Positions 41,145-50,368 of a DNA stretch of 64,000 bases are shown here, piece by piece; the stretch's first letter is position 1; each line of letters begins with the position of its first letter. The notes below the pieces were generated by a model. That model saw nothing but the letters and a program-made list of their open reading frames with translations, ran no database searches and was not told where the DNA came from. A program made the translations under genes and the position numbers. The stretch is from Candidatus Bathyarchaeota archaeon. Lineage in GTDB: Archaea > Thermoproteota > Bathyarchaeia > Bathyarchaeales > Bathycorpusculaceae. The stretch covers positions 1 to 64,000 of the forward strand of contig CAVRFW010000008.1 in the NCBI GenBank assembly GCA_963720565.1. The letters run 5' to 3'.

Positions 41145-42524
41145 TTGCAAAAAATGTCGAAACCAAAGGAATACGCTTCTATGACCAAAGACAAACTTAT
41201 GACATACACTTTTGGAGCTCTCATAGTACTCGCAGTAATTTCAGCTGTTATGTGGTCTCAAGTTACACCGATAGACGCATTGACCGGTCAACCACTCATG
41301 AACCTGGGACTCACTGTTGCCATTGTTTGCCTAATAGCTGTTGGAGTAGCAGTCGGAACAGACTTCTTCCTCTACAAAGTTGTATCTGACAGCCCTCTAA
41401 ACACCATGTCTGCAGCGGTCTTCGGCTTGATTGTTGCTCTCTCATACAGCCTTGGCATTCCCATAATGGCTCGTGTTGACGTTGATGCATCTGCGTTAGG
41501 AGTTGCGGCTGCACCAGGAGCATTCATCTATGTTGCTCTAATATCTTTCATCGGTCTGGTGCTTTTTAAGAAAGTATTCAGGGGACGCGTAAACCCAGCT
41601 GCAGCAGCAAAACTCATAGTCTTGCTACCATTCATAAACAGTGCGTTTCTAGCCAAGGAACACTTCGCCACATTGGAAGGGGGAGGACTAAGCATGCCTC
41701 TGCTGGCAGGGCCCATAGGCCGTGAAGTAATTGGAAATAACGGACTTATCTCGTTTGTTGAATACTTGCAGGGATGCTATGACCTTCCAAGCGCAACAAC
41801 TTATGCTGACTTTAACTGGCTAATGATTGTTCAGAAGTTTCACGGATGGGTTGGCGGCGCTTCAGGCATAGCTGTAATAATCGTCGGCATAGCTTTGTTC
41901 GTTCTTGCTCGCAGATTCATCAAATGGAGAATCACATTGACATACTTTGCATCTGTAGCTTTAATGGCATTGCTCATGGCAGTAGTTTACGGAGGAGCGA
42001 TCGACGTAAGGCTTCTGTTCTCACTATTCGTAGGCAGCTCAATATTTCTAGGATTCTTCATGGCAACCGACCCTGCAACCACGCCGCTAACGTATAAAGG
42101 ACAGCTCTTATTTGGCGTTGGAGTAGGCGTTTTAACAGTGCTGATTCAGACGTACATGAACTTCTTTGGCGGTTCGATTCTAGCATTGGTAATAATGAAC
42201 CTGTTTTCGCCGCTAATAGACAGAGTTGGAAAACTAAAGCCCAGAGTAGAGAAGAAAGAGCCAAAACTGCCCAAGGCAAAAACGTTTACCACCGTCAAGA
42301 CCTACGACTGTATGAAATGCGGTGCATGCCTGCGCGTTTGCTGCCACAATTTGAGCCCAATCTACATCAAGGAAGCATTTGACAAGATGAACGTCGAAAA
42401 AATGTCCAAACTCAATGCGGACTACTGTACAGGATGCGGACACTGCAGTTATGTATGCCCATCTAGAATCGACTTGAAGGGAAGCGTACTCAGAGCAAAA
42501 TCAATGTTGCGTGGAAGCGCATAA
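41145..42524 (+). CDS. RnfD/NqrB-family membrane protein fused to a C-terminal 2x[4Fe-4S] domain
   Basis: KKVFRGRVNPA, FFMATDPATTP, MNLFSPLID; C-terminal CMKCGACLRVC and CTGCGHCSYVCPSRI. Confidence 0.88.
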   Translation: MQKMSKPKEYASMTKDKLMTYTFGALIVLAVISAVMWSQVTPIDALTGQPLMNLGLTVAIVCLIAVGVAVGTDFFLYKVVSDSPLNTMSAAVFGLIVALSYSLGIPIMARVDVDASALGVAAAPGAFIYVALISFIGLVLFKKVFRGRVNPAAAAKLIVLLPFINSAFLAKEHFATLEGGGLSMPLLAGPIGREVIGNNGLISFVEYLQGCYDLPSATTYADFNWLMIVQKFHGWVGGASGIAVIIVGIALFVLARRFIKWRITLTYFASVALMALLMAVVYGGAIDVRLLFSLFVGSSIFLGFFMATDPATTPLTYKGQLLFGVGVGVLTVLIQTYMNFFGGSILALVIMNLFSPLIDRVGKLKPRVEKKEPKLPKAKTFTTVKTYDCMKCGACLRVCCHNLSPIYIKEAFDKMNVEKMSKLNADYCTGCGHCSYVCPSRIDLKGSVLRAKSMLRGSA

Positions 42525-42628
42525 GCAGTTAGATTCCACCATTTCCCCATCTCTTCTTTTCTCTTCTTAAGAGACTAGTTTGTCGTGTAGGCGCCCACTG
42601 GAACCTATGTGCACCAATCTGAATTGTG

Positions 42629-44215
42629 CTACACGGTTTTTTTCGAAAAGATGTTTCCGGCTACTATTGTCATCTCCACGTTGATGTTCGAAATTTGGTT
42701 TGGTGCAGTGGTAAGCGGATCATTTGATAGAACCGTCAAATCTGCCAGTTTGCCCGCTTCAATTGACCCTTTGCTGCTTTCTTCATTGGTTGAATATGCA
42801 GCGTCGACCGTGTACATGCGCAAAGCCTGTTCAATACTTAGCCGCTCTTCACGAAAATACTCTCTTAACACAGCGTCTTGCATCCCCAGAAGGGGATTAA
42901 GAGGCTCCATTGGACAGTCGGAGCCACCGATGACTCGTACGCCCTTCCCGATAAGGGTTTTCAGCGGATAAAGCCACCTAGCTCGCCGTGCACCTAGGCT
43001 GTCTGTAGCAGACCATACCGAGAATTCTGAGAGCATGACACGAGGTTGAACTGACACGATTACCTGCTGCTTTTCCATCCTATCAATAAGGGATTCATTA
43101 AGAACCGCGCCATGCTCAATGCGAAAACGAACGGTGTTACCATGCGATTTTGTGTTTCGTTCAATGGCGGTCAAGGCAACATCGATAGCCCTGTCACCTA
43201 CAGCGTGTATTACAGGCTGAAGCCCAGTTTCGAGTATTCTATATGTTGCGTTGATCAATTCATCTTGACTGCAAAGCAGTTTTCCGGTGTCGCCTGGTTT
43301 GTTCTGGTAGGGTTGAAGCAGCGCCGCGGTTTTCGAGGCTAAATACTCATCTGCTGAAAGCATTACGCCGCCAATTCGCAACCAAGGATTACCGATTATG
43401 TTAACCATTGCAGCCTCATCCAGCAGATTGACCGGAATTATCACGTATACTCGTATGGGAAGATTTCTGCTGGACCTCAGTTTCTTGACTATTGAAATCT
43501 CGTTCTCTGAAGAAAGCAGCCAATGTATGCTGGTAAGTCCGACTTCGGCCATCTTGTTGAGGGCTAATCTAGTGGCTTTCAAGAGTTCATCTTGGCGTGG
43601 TTCAGGCACTGCTTTCCAAGCTAAATCCGTCGCTGTGTCCCGCAGTATTCCTAAAGGTTTCCCCGTCTCAGGATCTTTGTCTATCACGCCACCTGCAGGC
43701 GCTACTGTCGACTCTGTTATTCCAGCTAACTCTAAACCCCTGCTGTTCACCGCACAGATCATGTCGCGTTCATGATAGAGAACCACGGGGTTGCTCGGAG
43801 AAGCAGTGTCAATTTCAGAGAGATGGGGAAAGCGCTTTTCTTTGAAGCATTTTTGGTTCCAACCGCGACCTAAGATCCACTGACCTACCGGAGTTTTCTT
43901 GACGCGTTCGCTGAGGCGACGCTGCATTTCTGCAACGGATTCCGCACCCCGCAAGTCAAGCCACATGAGGAAACGACCAAAATCCACAACATGAACGTGC
44001 GCATCAATAAACCCTGGGAATACTGTCTTTCCCTGGAGTTTGACGATTCGAGTTCTTTTTCCAATGAACTGGCCAACTTCAGCGTTCGTGCCAACCTTGA
44101 TGATTCTGTCCTTTTTTATGGCAATTGCTTCAGCAAGGGGCTGAGAATAGTTCATGGTTCGAACGTTCGCTTCAACGAGAGCCAAATCCGCTAACAAGGC
44201 TACCAATTTTCCCAA
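42629..44215 (-). CDS. Amidohydrolase 3 (YtcJ-like)
   Basis: PGFIDAHVH, GRGWN, HAVGD, RIEH, GSDCP, GKLADL. Confidence 0.92.
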   Translation of the reverse strand: MGKLVALLADLALVEANVRTMNYSQPLAEAIAIKKDRIIKVGTNAEVGQFIGKRTRIVKLQGKTVFPGFIDAHVHVVDFGRFLMWLDLRGAESVAEMQRRLSERVKKTPVGQWILGRGWNQKCFKEKRFPHLSEIDTASPSNPVVLYHERDMICAVNSRGLELAGITESTVAPAGGVIDKDPETGKPLGILRDTATDLAWKAVPEPRQDELLKATRLALNKMAEVGLTSIHWLLSSENEISIVKKLRSSRNLPIRVYVIIPVNLLDEAAMVNIIGNPWLRIGGVMLSADEYLASKTAALLQPYQNKPGDTGKLLCSQDELINATYRILETGLQPVIHAVGDRAIDVALTAIERNTKSHGNTVRFRIEHGAVLNESLIDRMEKQQVIVSVQPRVMLSEFSVWSATDSLGARRARWLYPLKTLIGKGVRVIGGSDCPMEPLNPLLGMQDAVLREYFREERLSIEQALRMYTVDAAYSTNEESSKGSIEAGKLADLTVLSNDPLTTAPNQISNINVEMTIVAGNIFSKKTV

Positions 44216-44416
44216 ATTCTCTATGCGACAAATCGCTATTAAGAATCTGACATAAAAAACCTTGCGTATAGCTTAAGCAACCGGAATGCGCACAGAATAT
44301 TCTAGAAGTAAGTTCAATCCGGTTTTGGCAGGTATATTTCTAATCACAATGTTTGGACATTAATTCCAATTCATAAGTGATAAATCAAGAATGGGTCGAC
44401 ATAACGACGATGAAAA

Positions 44417-44584
44417 ATGGAATATGACGTGGAAATTCCATGCTCCGCCTGCCAGCTTTGGGATCAAGAAAAGAAGAGTTTTTCCTGCGACCCAAACAGG
44501 TGCGAGAAACTTTCTCTTTGGTTGCTAAAGCATGCTCAAAACACGACGTTAGATTTGAACAAGACAGTCCAATATGTAGTGTAG
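44417..44584 (+). CDS. 55-aa Cys4 microprotein
   Basis: Translated by hand: MEYDVEIPCSACQLWDQEKKSFSCDPNRCEKLSLWLLKHAQNTTLDLNKTVQYVV. Confidence 0.5.
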   Translation: MEYDVEIPCSACQLWDQEKKSFSCDPNRCEKLSLWLLKHAQNTTLDLNKTVQYVV

Positions 44585-44710
44585 TGTCAACAAACGCTTT
44601 TCCAAGCGAACCCGTGTATTGTCCTAGTATCTTTTCTTGGGAGAAATATGTCGATATTGGAAATAACCGAAATTATAGTCACAGACAGAAAGCTACTCGG
44701 TTGAAATAGT

Positions 44711-44992
44711 ATGCAAGAACCGGGAAACGGACAATCGTCAGTTAGCCCACAGAGTTTCATGGAAATAAAGGATGCTTTAAGGAAGACTCTTCACGTTATG
44801 ATAGATCTTGATTTTGAGGATGGAAAACTGGACGGAGTGATAAACAGTTTTCTTGACGCCAAGAGATTTCAAATAAGCTTGACCTTTAACCTTAACCCGA
44901 ATGACGTTATTTTTGTTAGAAACCTGACTAGAAACGAAGTTACAGATGAAGTTCTGGAAAACATAAGAAGACTTAGAAACGGATTGAGCTGA
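44711..44992 (+). CDS. Hypothetical protein
   Basis: 93-aa ATG ORF with protein-like composition. Confidence 0.55.
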   Translation: MQEPGNGQSSVSPQSFMEIKDALRKTLHVMIDLDFEDGKLDGVINSFLDAKRFQISLTFNLNPNDVIFVRNLTRNEVTDEVLENIRRLRNGLS

Positions 44993-45206
44993 AGTCTCAC
45001 ACTCTCATTTTGAAGACGAAAGCAAAGCGCACTCAGCAATATTTCACATGGGGTGTGCTTAGCGTTCTAGACATCATTAACAGGTATACTCTGGATAAAT
45101 TGAGCGTGAGTTCTCCATTGCAATCAAAAAAGGGATATGAAGCGGAGTAGATTTCTGCTTTCGGTACGTTTCACGTTTAGCTAGAGGAGAAAGCCGGAGG
45201 TTACGT

Positions 45207-45569
45207 TTATGGAACAACAACCGTTGCCCGGAAATCATATCCGCCGTTTTGAGTTACTATGTATTTGGCCTGTGCGACACCAGCAGTATCAGTGAGTCCA
45301 GTTGCAAAATATGTAAACTCTCCACCGCTAAGTGAATAGTAGAAATCGACGCTAATGCCAGCTCCGACGGCAACGGCGTTGTTTGCGACTGCAGCGTTCA
45401 ATGTTATTTCACTACCTGCGACTGAAGAAGTTAGAACAGCTGCATATTGCATATCCACATGTACAACGTTGCTTTGGGCGTACAAAAGTCCATATGCAGT
45501 TAGGCTACTTCCAGCTAAGCAGAGAAATACGGCAACAATCAATAATGGTTTTCTATAGGTCTTCAACAA
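45207..45569 (-). CDS. Small secreted/membrane-anchored Ig-like protein
   Basis: GGAGGTG RBS, signal-like N-terminus, beta-rich T..TD..G.A pattern. Confidence 0.7.
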   Translation of the reverse strand: MLKTYRKPLLIVAVFLCLAGSSLTAYGLLYAQSNVVHVDMQYAAVLTSSVAGSEITLNAAVANNAVAVGAGISVDFYYSLSGGEFTYFATGLTDTAGVAQAKYIVTQNGGYDFRATVVVP

Positions 45570-45863
45570 GTTTTTTCACCTCCATCAGACGATAGTTCAA
45601 GTAACAACTTGGTCACGCGTGCCAGCTGTGAACGGGTTGAATATGATTTCTGGATAGCCCTATTGCCTCACAGAAAACAACAAGCCGGCGGTTGCGTGCA
45701 CGGGTGAGAAATCCCGCAAGGTATTCCCTGTCACTCAGATTCGTTCACCTTGAAAACAGTCCTTGTTGGAAGATAAGTGATTTATGAACCAAAAATAACT
45801 ATTCGGTATAAGGGAACGTCAAAATACGCGTCTATTACGGAGCTCCCACGGCTCGCCTTACCG

Positions 45864-47267
45864 TTACTTCTTGCTGAATCTGGGGGTTTTTTCCCACTTG
45901 GGTGTAGTTGTCAAATTCTTGACCAATGCGGATGTTACACAAGGAATCCAGTGGTATGTATAAGCAGCCGCTATAAACACGAGAGGTATTATTTGCCACC
46001 TTGGATACTCTTTCCTTTCTTTCCATAAACCATATCCAAAAAGAGGGGCAAACGAGAATCCATTCGACATCGTAAAGGCAAATGGAAAAAGATTGGCCAC
46101 TTCAATTATTCCCAATAGGCTTAATCCAGTCCAAGCCCAACATACAAAAACAAAAACCGGCAATATAACATGCACTAAATATATGGAGATGTCAAGTTTG
46201 GTTTTGAGACTAATTTTTGTCCGCCAGAAACTTGGGTTAAGAACAAAGCGGTTCAGAGTCTGAATTGTTCCCCAGGCCCAACGTTCTCTTTGACGAAACA
46301 TAGTAAGCAAAGTCTCCGTACCCTCTTGCGAGACGTCAGTGTTGTCGATGTAAACGTTTTTCCATTGGTTGGTTAGCAGACGGACCCCCAAATCCAAGTC
46401 TTCAGTCAAAGCTCCGTTGTTCCAATATTGTTTCTGATGCTCCACAGCAATAGTATCTAGAGCAGACGCTCTAACAAATTGACCGTTTCCTCCTAGTGCA
46501 ACAGATCCCGCAAAGTTTGTTCGAGCGAATTGTATGACTCTGGCGAAAGCCAAAAACTCTATGTCTTGCATTTTAGCAAGAAATGAAGTCTTGCAGTTTT
46601 TGATACGCACAAGTGTTTGAACACCTCCAACCTTAGGATCATTGAACTGAAACGAAACTTTCTTGAGCATATCAGGTTTGGGGCACGCATCGGAGTCAAA
46701 AACACCGATTATCCAGCGATGCCTGGGCGTGATTTCAATTCCACGCCAAGTGAGAAGAAAATCAGCAAATCCCAAATTCAACGCTACACTTTTTCCTCTA
46801 CCCCCGTTAAATGGTTGGACATTCATCAGTTTAAGCCCGGGATATTTTCTTTGGAGATCCTTCACTACCTTTTCAGTTTCATCTGTTGAACCGTCATTGA
46901 CAACTACGACTTCAAAAAGTTCAGGGGGATAATTCATGTTCAAAACGCGCTCTAGAGTTGCACGTATTACTTTCCCCTCGTTATGTGCAGGAACGACAAT
47001 ACTGAAGTAATGCCCGAAGTCTTCACCCTTCTTTGAATGCCCCCTGGCAATTATCGCTAACAAAAAGATGTTGTACAGAGTGCATGTTATAATGAAGTAA
47101 ATTGTCAAGAGAGTTGTGTCAATAACAAGACCGGGGATCATTAAACCTACAATTAAAGTTGCACCAATAATGAATAGGGGAATAAGAAAACTCACCCCCA
47201 AAGTCACTGTGACGTAGGCAAGTCGGTCGAGTATGCGTTTAGCAGAGTAGCGAGTTATTCTCTGCAA
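45864..47267 (-). CDS. Processive GT2 glycosyltransferase (cellulose/PNAG synthase-like)
   Basis: VPAHNE, NDGSTD, GKSVALN, FDSD, LTEDLD, QRERW, WEKTPR; flanking TMs. Confidence 0.92.
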   Translation of the reverse strand: MQRITRYSAKRILDRLAYVTVTLGVSFLIPLFIIGATLIVGLMIPGLVIDTTLLTIYFIITCTLYNIFLLAIIARGHSKKGEDFGHYFSIVVPAHNEGKVIRATLERVLNMNYPPELFEVVVVNDGSTDETEKVVKDLQRKYPGLKLMNVQPFNGGRGKSVALNLGFADFLLTWRGIEITPRHRWIIGVFDSDACPKPDMLKKVSFQFNDPKVGGVQTLVRIKNCKTSFLAKMQDIEFLAFARVIQFARTNFAGSVALGGNGQFVRASALDTIAVEHQKQYWNNGALTEDLDLGVRLLTNQWKNVYIDNTDVSQEGTETLLTMFRQRERWAWGTIQTLNRFVLNPSFWRTKISLKTKLDISIYLVHVILPVFVFVCWAWTGLSLLGIIEVANLFPFAFTMSNGFSFAPLFGYGLWKERKEYPRWQIIPLVFIAAAYTYHWIPCVTSALVKNLTTTPKWEKTPRFSKK

Positions 47268-48652
47268 GATACCACGCTTTCATCTTTTCCCGTTTCTGCG
47301 ATAAGTTCAAGGTCGTCATGTTCTGTGGCAACAGCTGGGTCTGGATTCAAGGTTTTTTCGTCTGCTACTGATGTTTTGAATTCAATCTTTCCCGCCGCTT
47401 TAATTGAACCATGAACTACAGAATCCGCACCAATTACGACGTTTCCACCAGAAACTATGTTGCCTTCAATCACTGTTTCAGATCCTACTATTATGTCACC
47501 TAGAGCTTTCAGTTTTCGTGACATTCGGCATCTGTCGCCGATTTTTAGAGTTCCCTTAACAACTAGCAATTCATTCACATTTGTTCCTGAGGGTATTTCT
47601 AAATCTCCAATTACTGCAGTCACGTTGTCGCCGACAGTAAAAACTTCAGCTTTGATATCGGCTGGAAAATTGGGGATTTCTTCACTCTCGGAAACGCCGT
47701 CTTTGTGAGGCTGATAATTATTAACTATCGGCGCCTTCTGTTGAACATCTTTAATTTCAATTGGGCTGACACTCACAGACTTCTGCGGAGGATTGCACGC
47801 GTTTTGCTTAGTGAATATTTGATCAGTTGGATAGTTTGGGTGAAACGATACGCTGGGTTCTCTCGATGTTTTGTTTGTGTCTTTCTGGCAGTATTTCACT
47901 AAAGCTGTCTTGCCGCTGACGCCGTCAATTTGTAGGGCGACCTCCTTTGAGGTCTTCGAGTCTTGAAATGTAAGCTCGTATATTGGTTTGTAGATTAAGG
48001 TACGTTCTGTGATCTCGAATACTTCTCTCATAATCTCTGCAATGTCTTTGGGTCTTTGAGCGATTTTTGCACGGAGAAATTCTATATCAGCTTCTGTTGA
48101 ATTGTTACATTTCCTGAAACTCAGGTTGGCGTTTTTCGGATGTTCCAGCTGATCTTCACAGGGAGCAAAAGAAAATGTTTCAGGTGAAACCTCTCTTCTG
48201 AATCTGTCAAGAACAAAATAGGTTTCTTTTTCGTAATGGACGATTTCTTCGCCTACGAGTTTTATGATTCTGGTTGGTTGATCACCTTCGCTTGAAGGTT
48301 CGCTCTTAAATTTTTTGCCGCCAACAAAAATCTCTCTGGTATTTTCCTCCACTTTAACGTTGCATACGTGTTGCCTACAATAATCAATTGAATAAGTTCC
48401 GCCGATGACAATATATGGCTCATAGTACTTCTCAAAGCCAACAAGCTGAACGGCTTCGGCATTTGGTCTTAGGAAACCGTAGTTTCTGAAGAGGGTTCTC
48501 TTCATTTGTTCGCCTTGGCTTCTAGCCATTCTGGAATCAATCCGAGACTTCAAGACTGCGGTCTTTGTGTCAACTACTTTTTGCGGCAGAACAGCTATCT
48601 CTGTCATTTTAACCCACTTCCATTCTGGTTTCCCCGATTGACTAATTAGCAC
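47255..48652 (-). CDS. Hypothetical protein with a C-terminal bactofilin-like/beta-helix domain
   Basis: C-terminal V.G.L.IG...GDIIVG..TVIEGNIVSGGNVVIGADSVVHGSIKA repeats; start may be the ATG at 48607. Confidence 0.7.
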   Translation of the reverse strand: MLISQSGKPEWKWVKMTEIAVLPQKVVDTKTAVLKSRIDSRMARSQGEQMKRTLFRNYGFLRPNAEAVQLVGFEKYYEPYIVIGGTYSIDYCRQHVCNVKVEENTREIFVGGKKFKSEPSSEGDQPTRIIKLVGEEIVHYEKETYFVLDRFRREVSPETFSFAPCEDQLEHPKNANLSFRKCNNSTEADIEFLRAKIAQRPKDIAEIMREVFEITERTLIYKPIYELTFQDSKTSKEVALQIDGVSGKTALVKYCQKDTNKTSREPSVSFHPNYPTDQIFTKQNACNPPQKSVSVSPIEIKDVQQKAPIVNNYQPHKDGVSESEEIPNFPADIKAEVFTVGDNVTAVIGDLEIPSGTNVNELLVVKGTLKIGDRCRMSRKLKALGDIIVGSETVIEGNIVSGGNVVIGADSVVHGSIKAAGKIEFKTSVADEKTLNPDPAVATEHDDLELIAETGKDESVVSCRE

Positions 48653-48819
48653 TTATGAATCAGTACTCCACATCTGGTTTTAGCATCCTTTTCTGAGATC
48701 AAAACATGCCATTCAGTTCACGTTCAGACTTTACAGAGCGAGAAAAAGGGCATAAATTGGAAAAAATGAATTAGTGAAGCGAGCATTTGCTCGTTTCTTC
48801 ACTTTTCGGGTTTCTTTCT

Positions 48820-49122
48820 TCACGGTTTAGAAGATTTTTGGTCCTCTGCGCCTCGAAGGTTTCTGTTGCCATGTGGGAATGTTGGAACAGTGTAGACTTC
48901 GGTGACGCCGGTCATGTCTTTTACCTTTTTCTGGACAAATTCAAGTGCTTGACCACTGTCTTCAGCGTTGATCCAAATACCAACGTCCCAAGCACCGAAA
49001 ATGTTCATAGTGTAGCAGAGGTCTACGCCGGAAACCGGTTTTTCAGAGAGATTGCGTATAGCGCCCAAAGTGTCCATTATCTTTCCTGGATTGAGTTTCA
49101 TCAGAACCAAATAGTCAGTCAT
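48820..49122 (-). CDS. Stand-alone Lrp/AsnC ligand-binding (ferredoxin-like) domain protein
   Basis: YLVLMKLNPG...NIFGAWDV...GVTEVYT; GGAGG RBS. Confidence 0.65.
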   Translation of the reverse strand: MTDYLVLMKLNPGKIMDTLGAIRNLSEKPVSGVDLCYTMNIFGAWDVGIWINAEDSGQALEFVQKKVKDMTGVTEVYTVPTFPHGNRNLRGAEDQKSSKP

Positions 49123-49259
49123 TTTCTTAGTTTTCCTCCCGTTTTTTGTTTGAATGCTGATTCTCGTCTGATTAACTTAACATTTATGAAGCATGAATAT
49201 TGATAAGCCGTCCAACTTGTCAAGAAGCCAGATGCAAGCCATTGCCGATTCTTACGGGT

Positions 49260-50219
49260 TCAATTGAGCGTCTTAATAATCGTCTCGGCGAACAGTCTTA
49301 GTCCATCTGTGCTTGGAAGGTCTCCGAAGAGCAACATGAAGAAGGTAACGCCCAGGTCAACATACTGTTGTATTGAACGAAGGCATTGCTCAGGGGTGCC
49401 CGCAAGATTTGTCTTCGCGAAGTCACTCATGGACATATTTCGGGGTTTTCGCTGAGAGAGGCTTTCATCCAATTCTCTTCGCTGTGACGCGATAAACACT
49501 TGACCTCCAGGCCAGCATGACTTCTCGATTTCCCGATGGTCCCGGCCTATGGCTTTGCAGTACTTCTGCAGAACTGCCAGTTTATGCTTGTACTGTTCTA
49601 TTGATGGCAAGTATCCCCAATCGTACCTGTCTGCGTGTTGTGCCGTTACCTTTAACGTCAGTTTTTCTCCCCCGCCAGCTATCGTTATTGGCGGATGTGG
49701 TTTCTGTACTGGCTTGGGTTCGCAAAAAGCCTCGTCTATTTTGTAGTGTTTTCCCGCATAACTTGTTTTTTCCTGAGTCCACATTTTCTTGAGTATTTCC
49801 ACGGATTCGTTAAGTTTGCTTGTCCTGTCGCTTGGTTTCGGGAAGGGTAATCCATAGGATACGTGCTCGGTTTGTTGGATGCCTGAGCCGATGCCTAGTT
49901 CTAACCTGCCTTGGGATATGTTGTCAATGGTTGCAGCCATCTTGGCAAGCAAAGCTGGGTGTCTGAAAGAATTGCAGGTCGCCATGGTTCCTAGTCTGAT
50001 AGTTCTGGTTTTGGAGGATAGAGCTGAGAGAGTAGTCCAGCATTCAAGGATAGGGCTGTCTTTGAACATTAAATGGTCGTCTATCCATAATGAGTGATAT
50101 CCAAGGCGTTCACATTCGAGGGCAATGTCCTGAATATAACTGAAGTGCTGCTGGGTCTGGGGTCCTTCATGACCGAAAGCATAAAAAGGAAGAAACACGC
50201 CGAACTTGAGTTCTCTCAA
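49260..50219 (-). CDS. LLM-class (probably F420-dependent) oxidoreductase
   Basis: WIDDH, LECWTTL, FRHPALLAKMAATIDNISQGRLELGIGSG, PKPVQKPHPPI. Confidence 0.9.
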   Translation of the reverse strand: MRELKFGVFLPFYAFGHEGPQTQQHFSYIQDIALECERLGYHSLWIDDHLMFKDSPILECWTTLSALSSKTRTIRLGTMATCNSFRHPALLAKMAATIDNISQGRLELGIGSGIQQTEHVSYGLPFPKPSDRTSKLNESVEILKKMWTQEKTSYAGKHYKIDEAFCEPKPVQKPHPPITIAGGGEKLTLKVTAQHADRYDWGYLPSIEQYKHKLAVLQKYCKAIGRDHREIEKSCWPGGQVFIASQRRELDESLSQRKPRNMSMSDFAKTNLAGTPEQCLRSIQQYVDLGVTFFMLLFGDLPSTDGLRLFAETIIKTLN

Positions 50220-50368
50220 CCGTTTCCCTAGTTAGAGTATTATGTGCAATATAATATTTAGTTGCAGAGCCCAGCCCATGGAAGAATACCGAGAATAGAC
50301 GTCTTCAAGAATAGACTTTTAACGGAATAGGATTTAAGAAAAAAGAAAGTTTGGAAAAAGAGAAAAGG

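Noticed and set aside
44440..44709. 89-aa ORF from the track
   Set aside because: Overlaps the Cys4 microprotein in another frame and has no motif; the Cys4 frame is more plausible.
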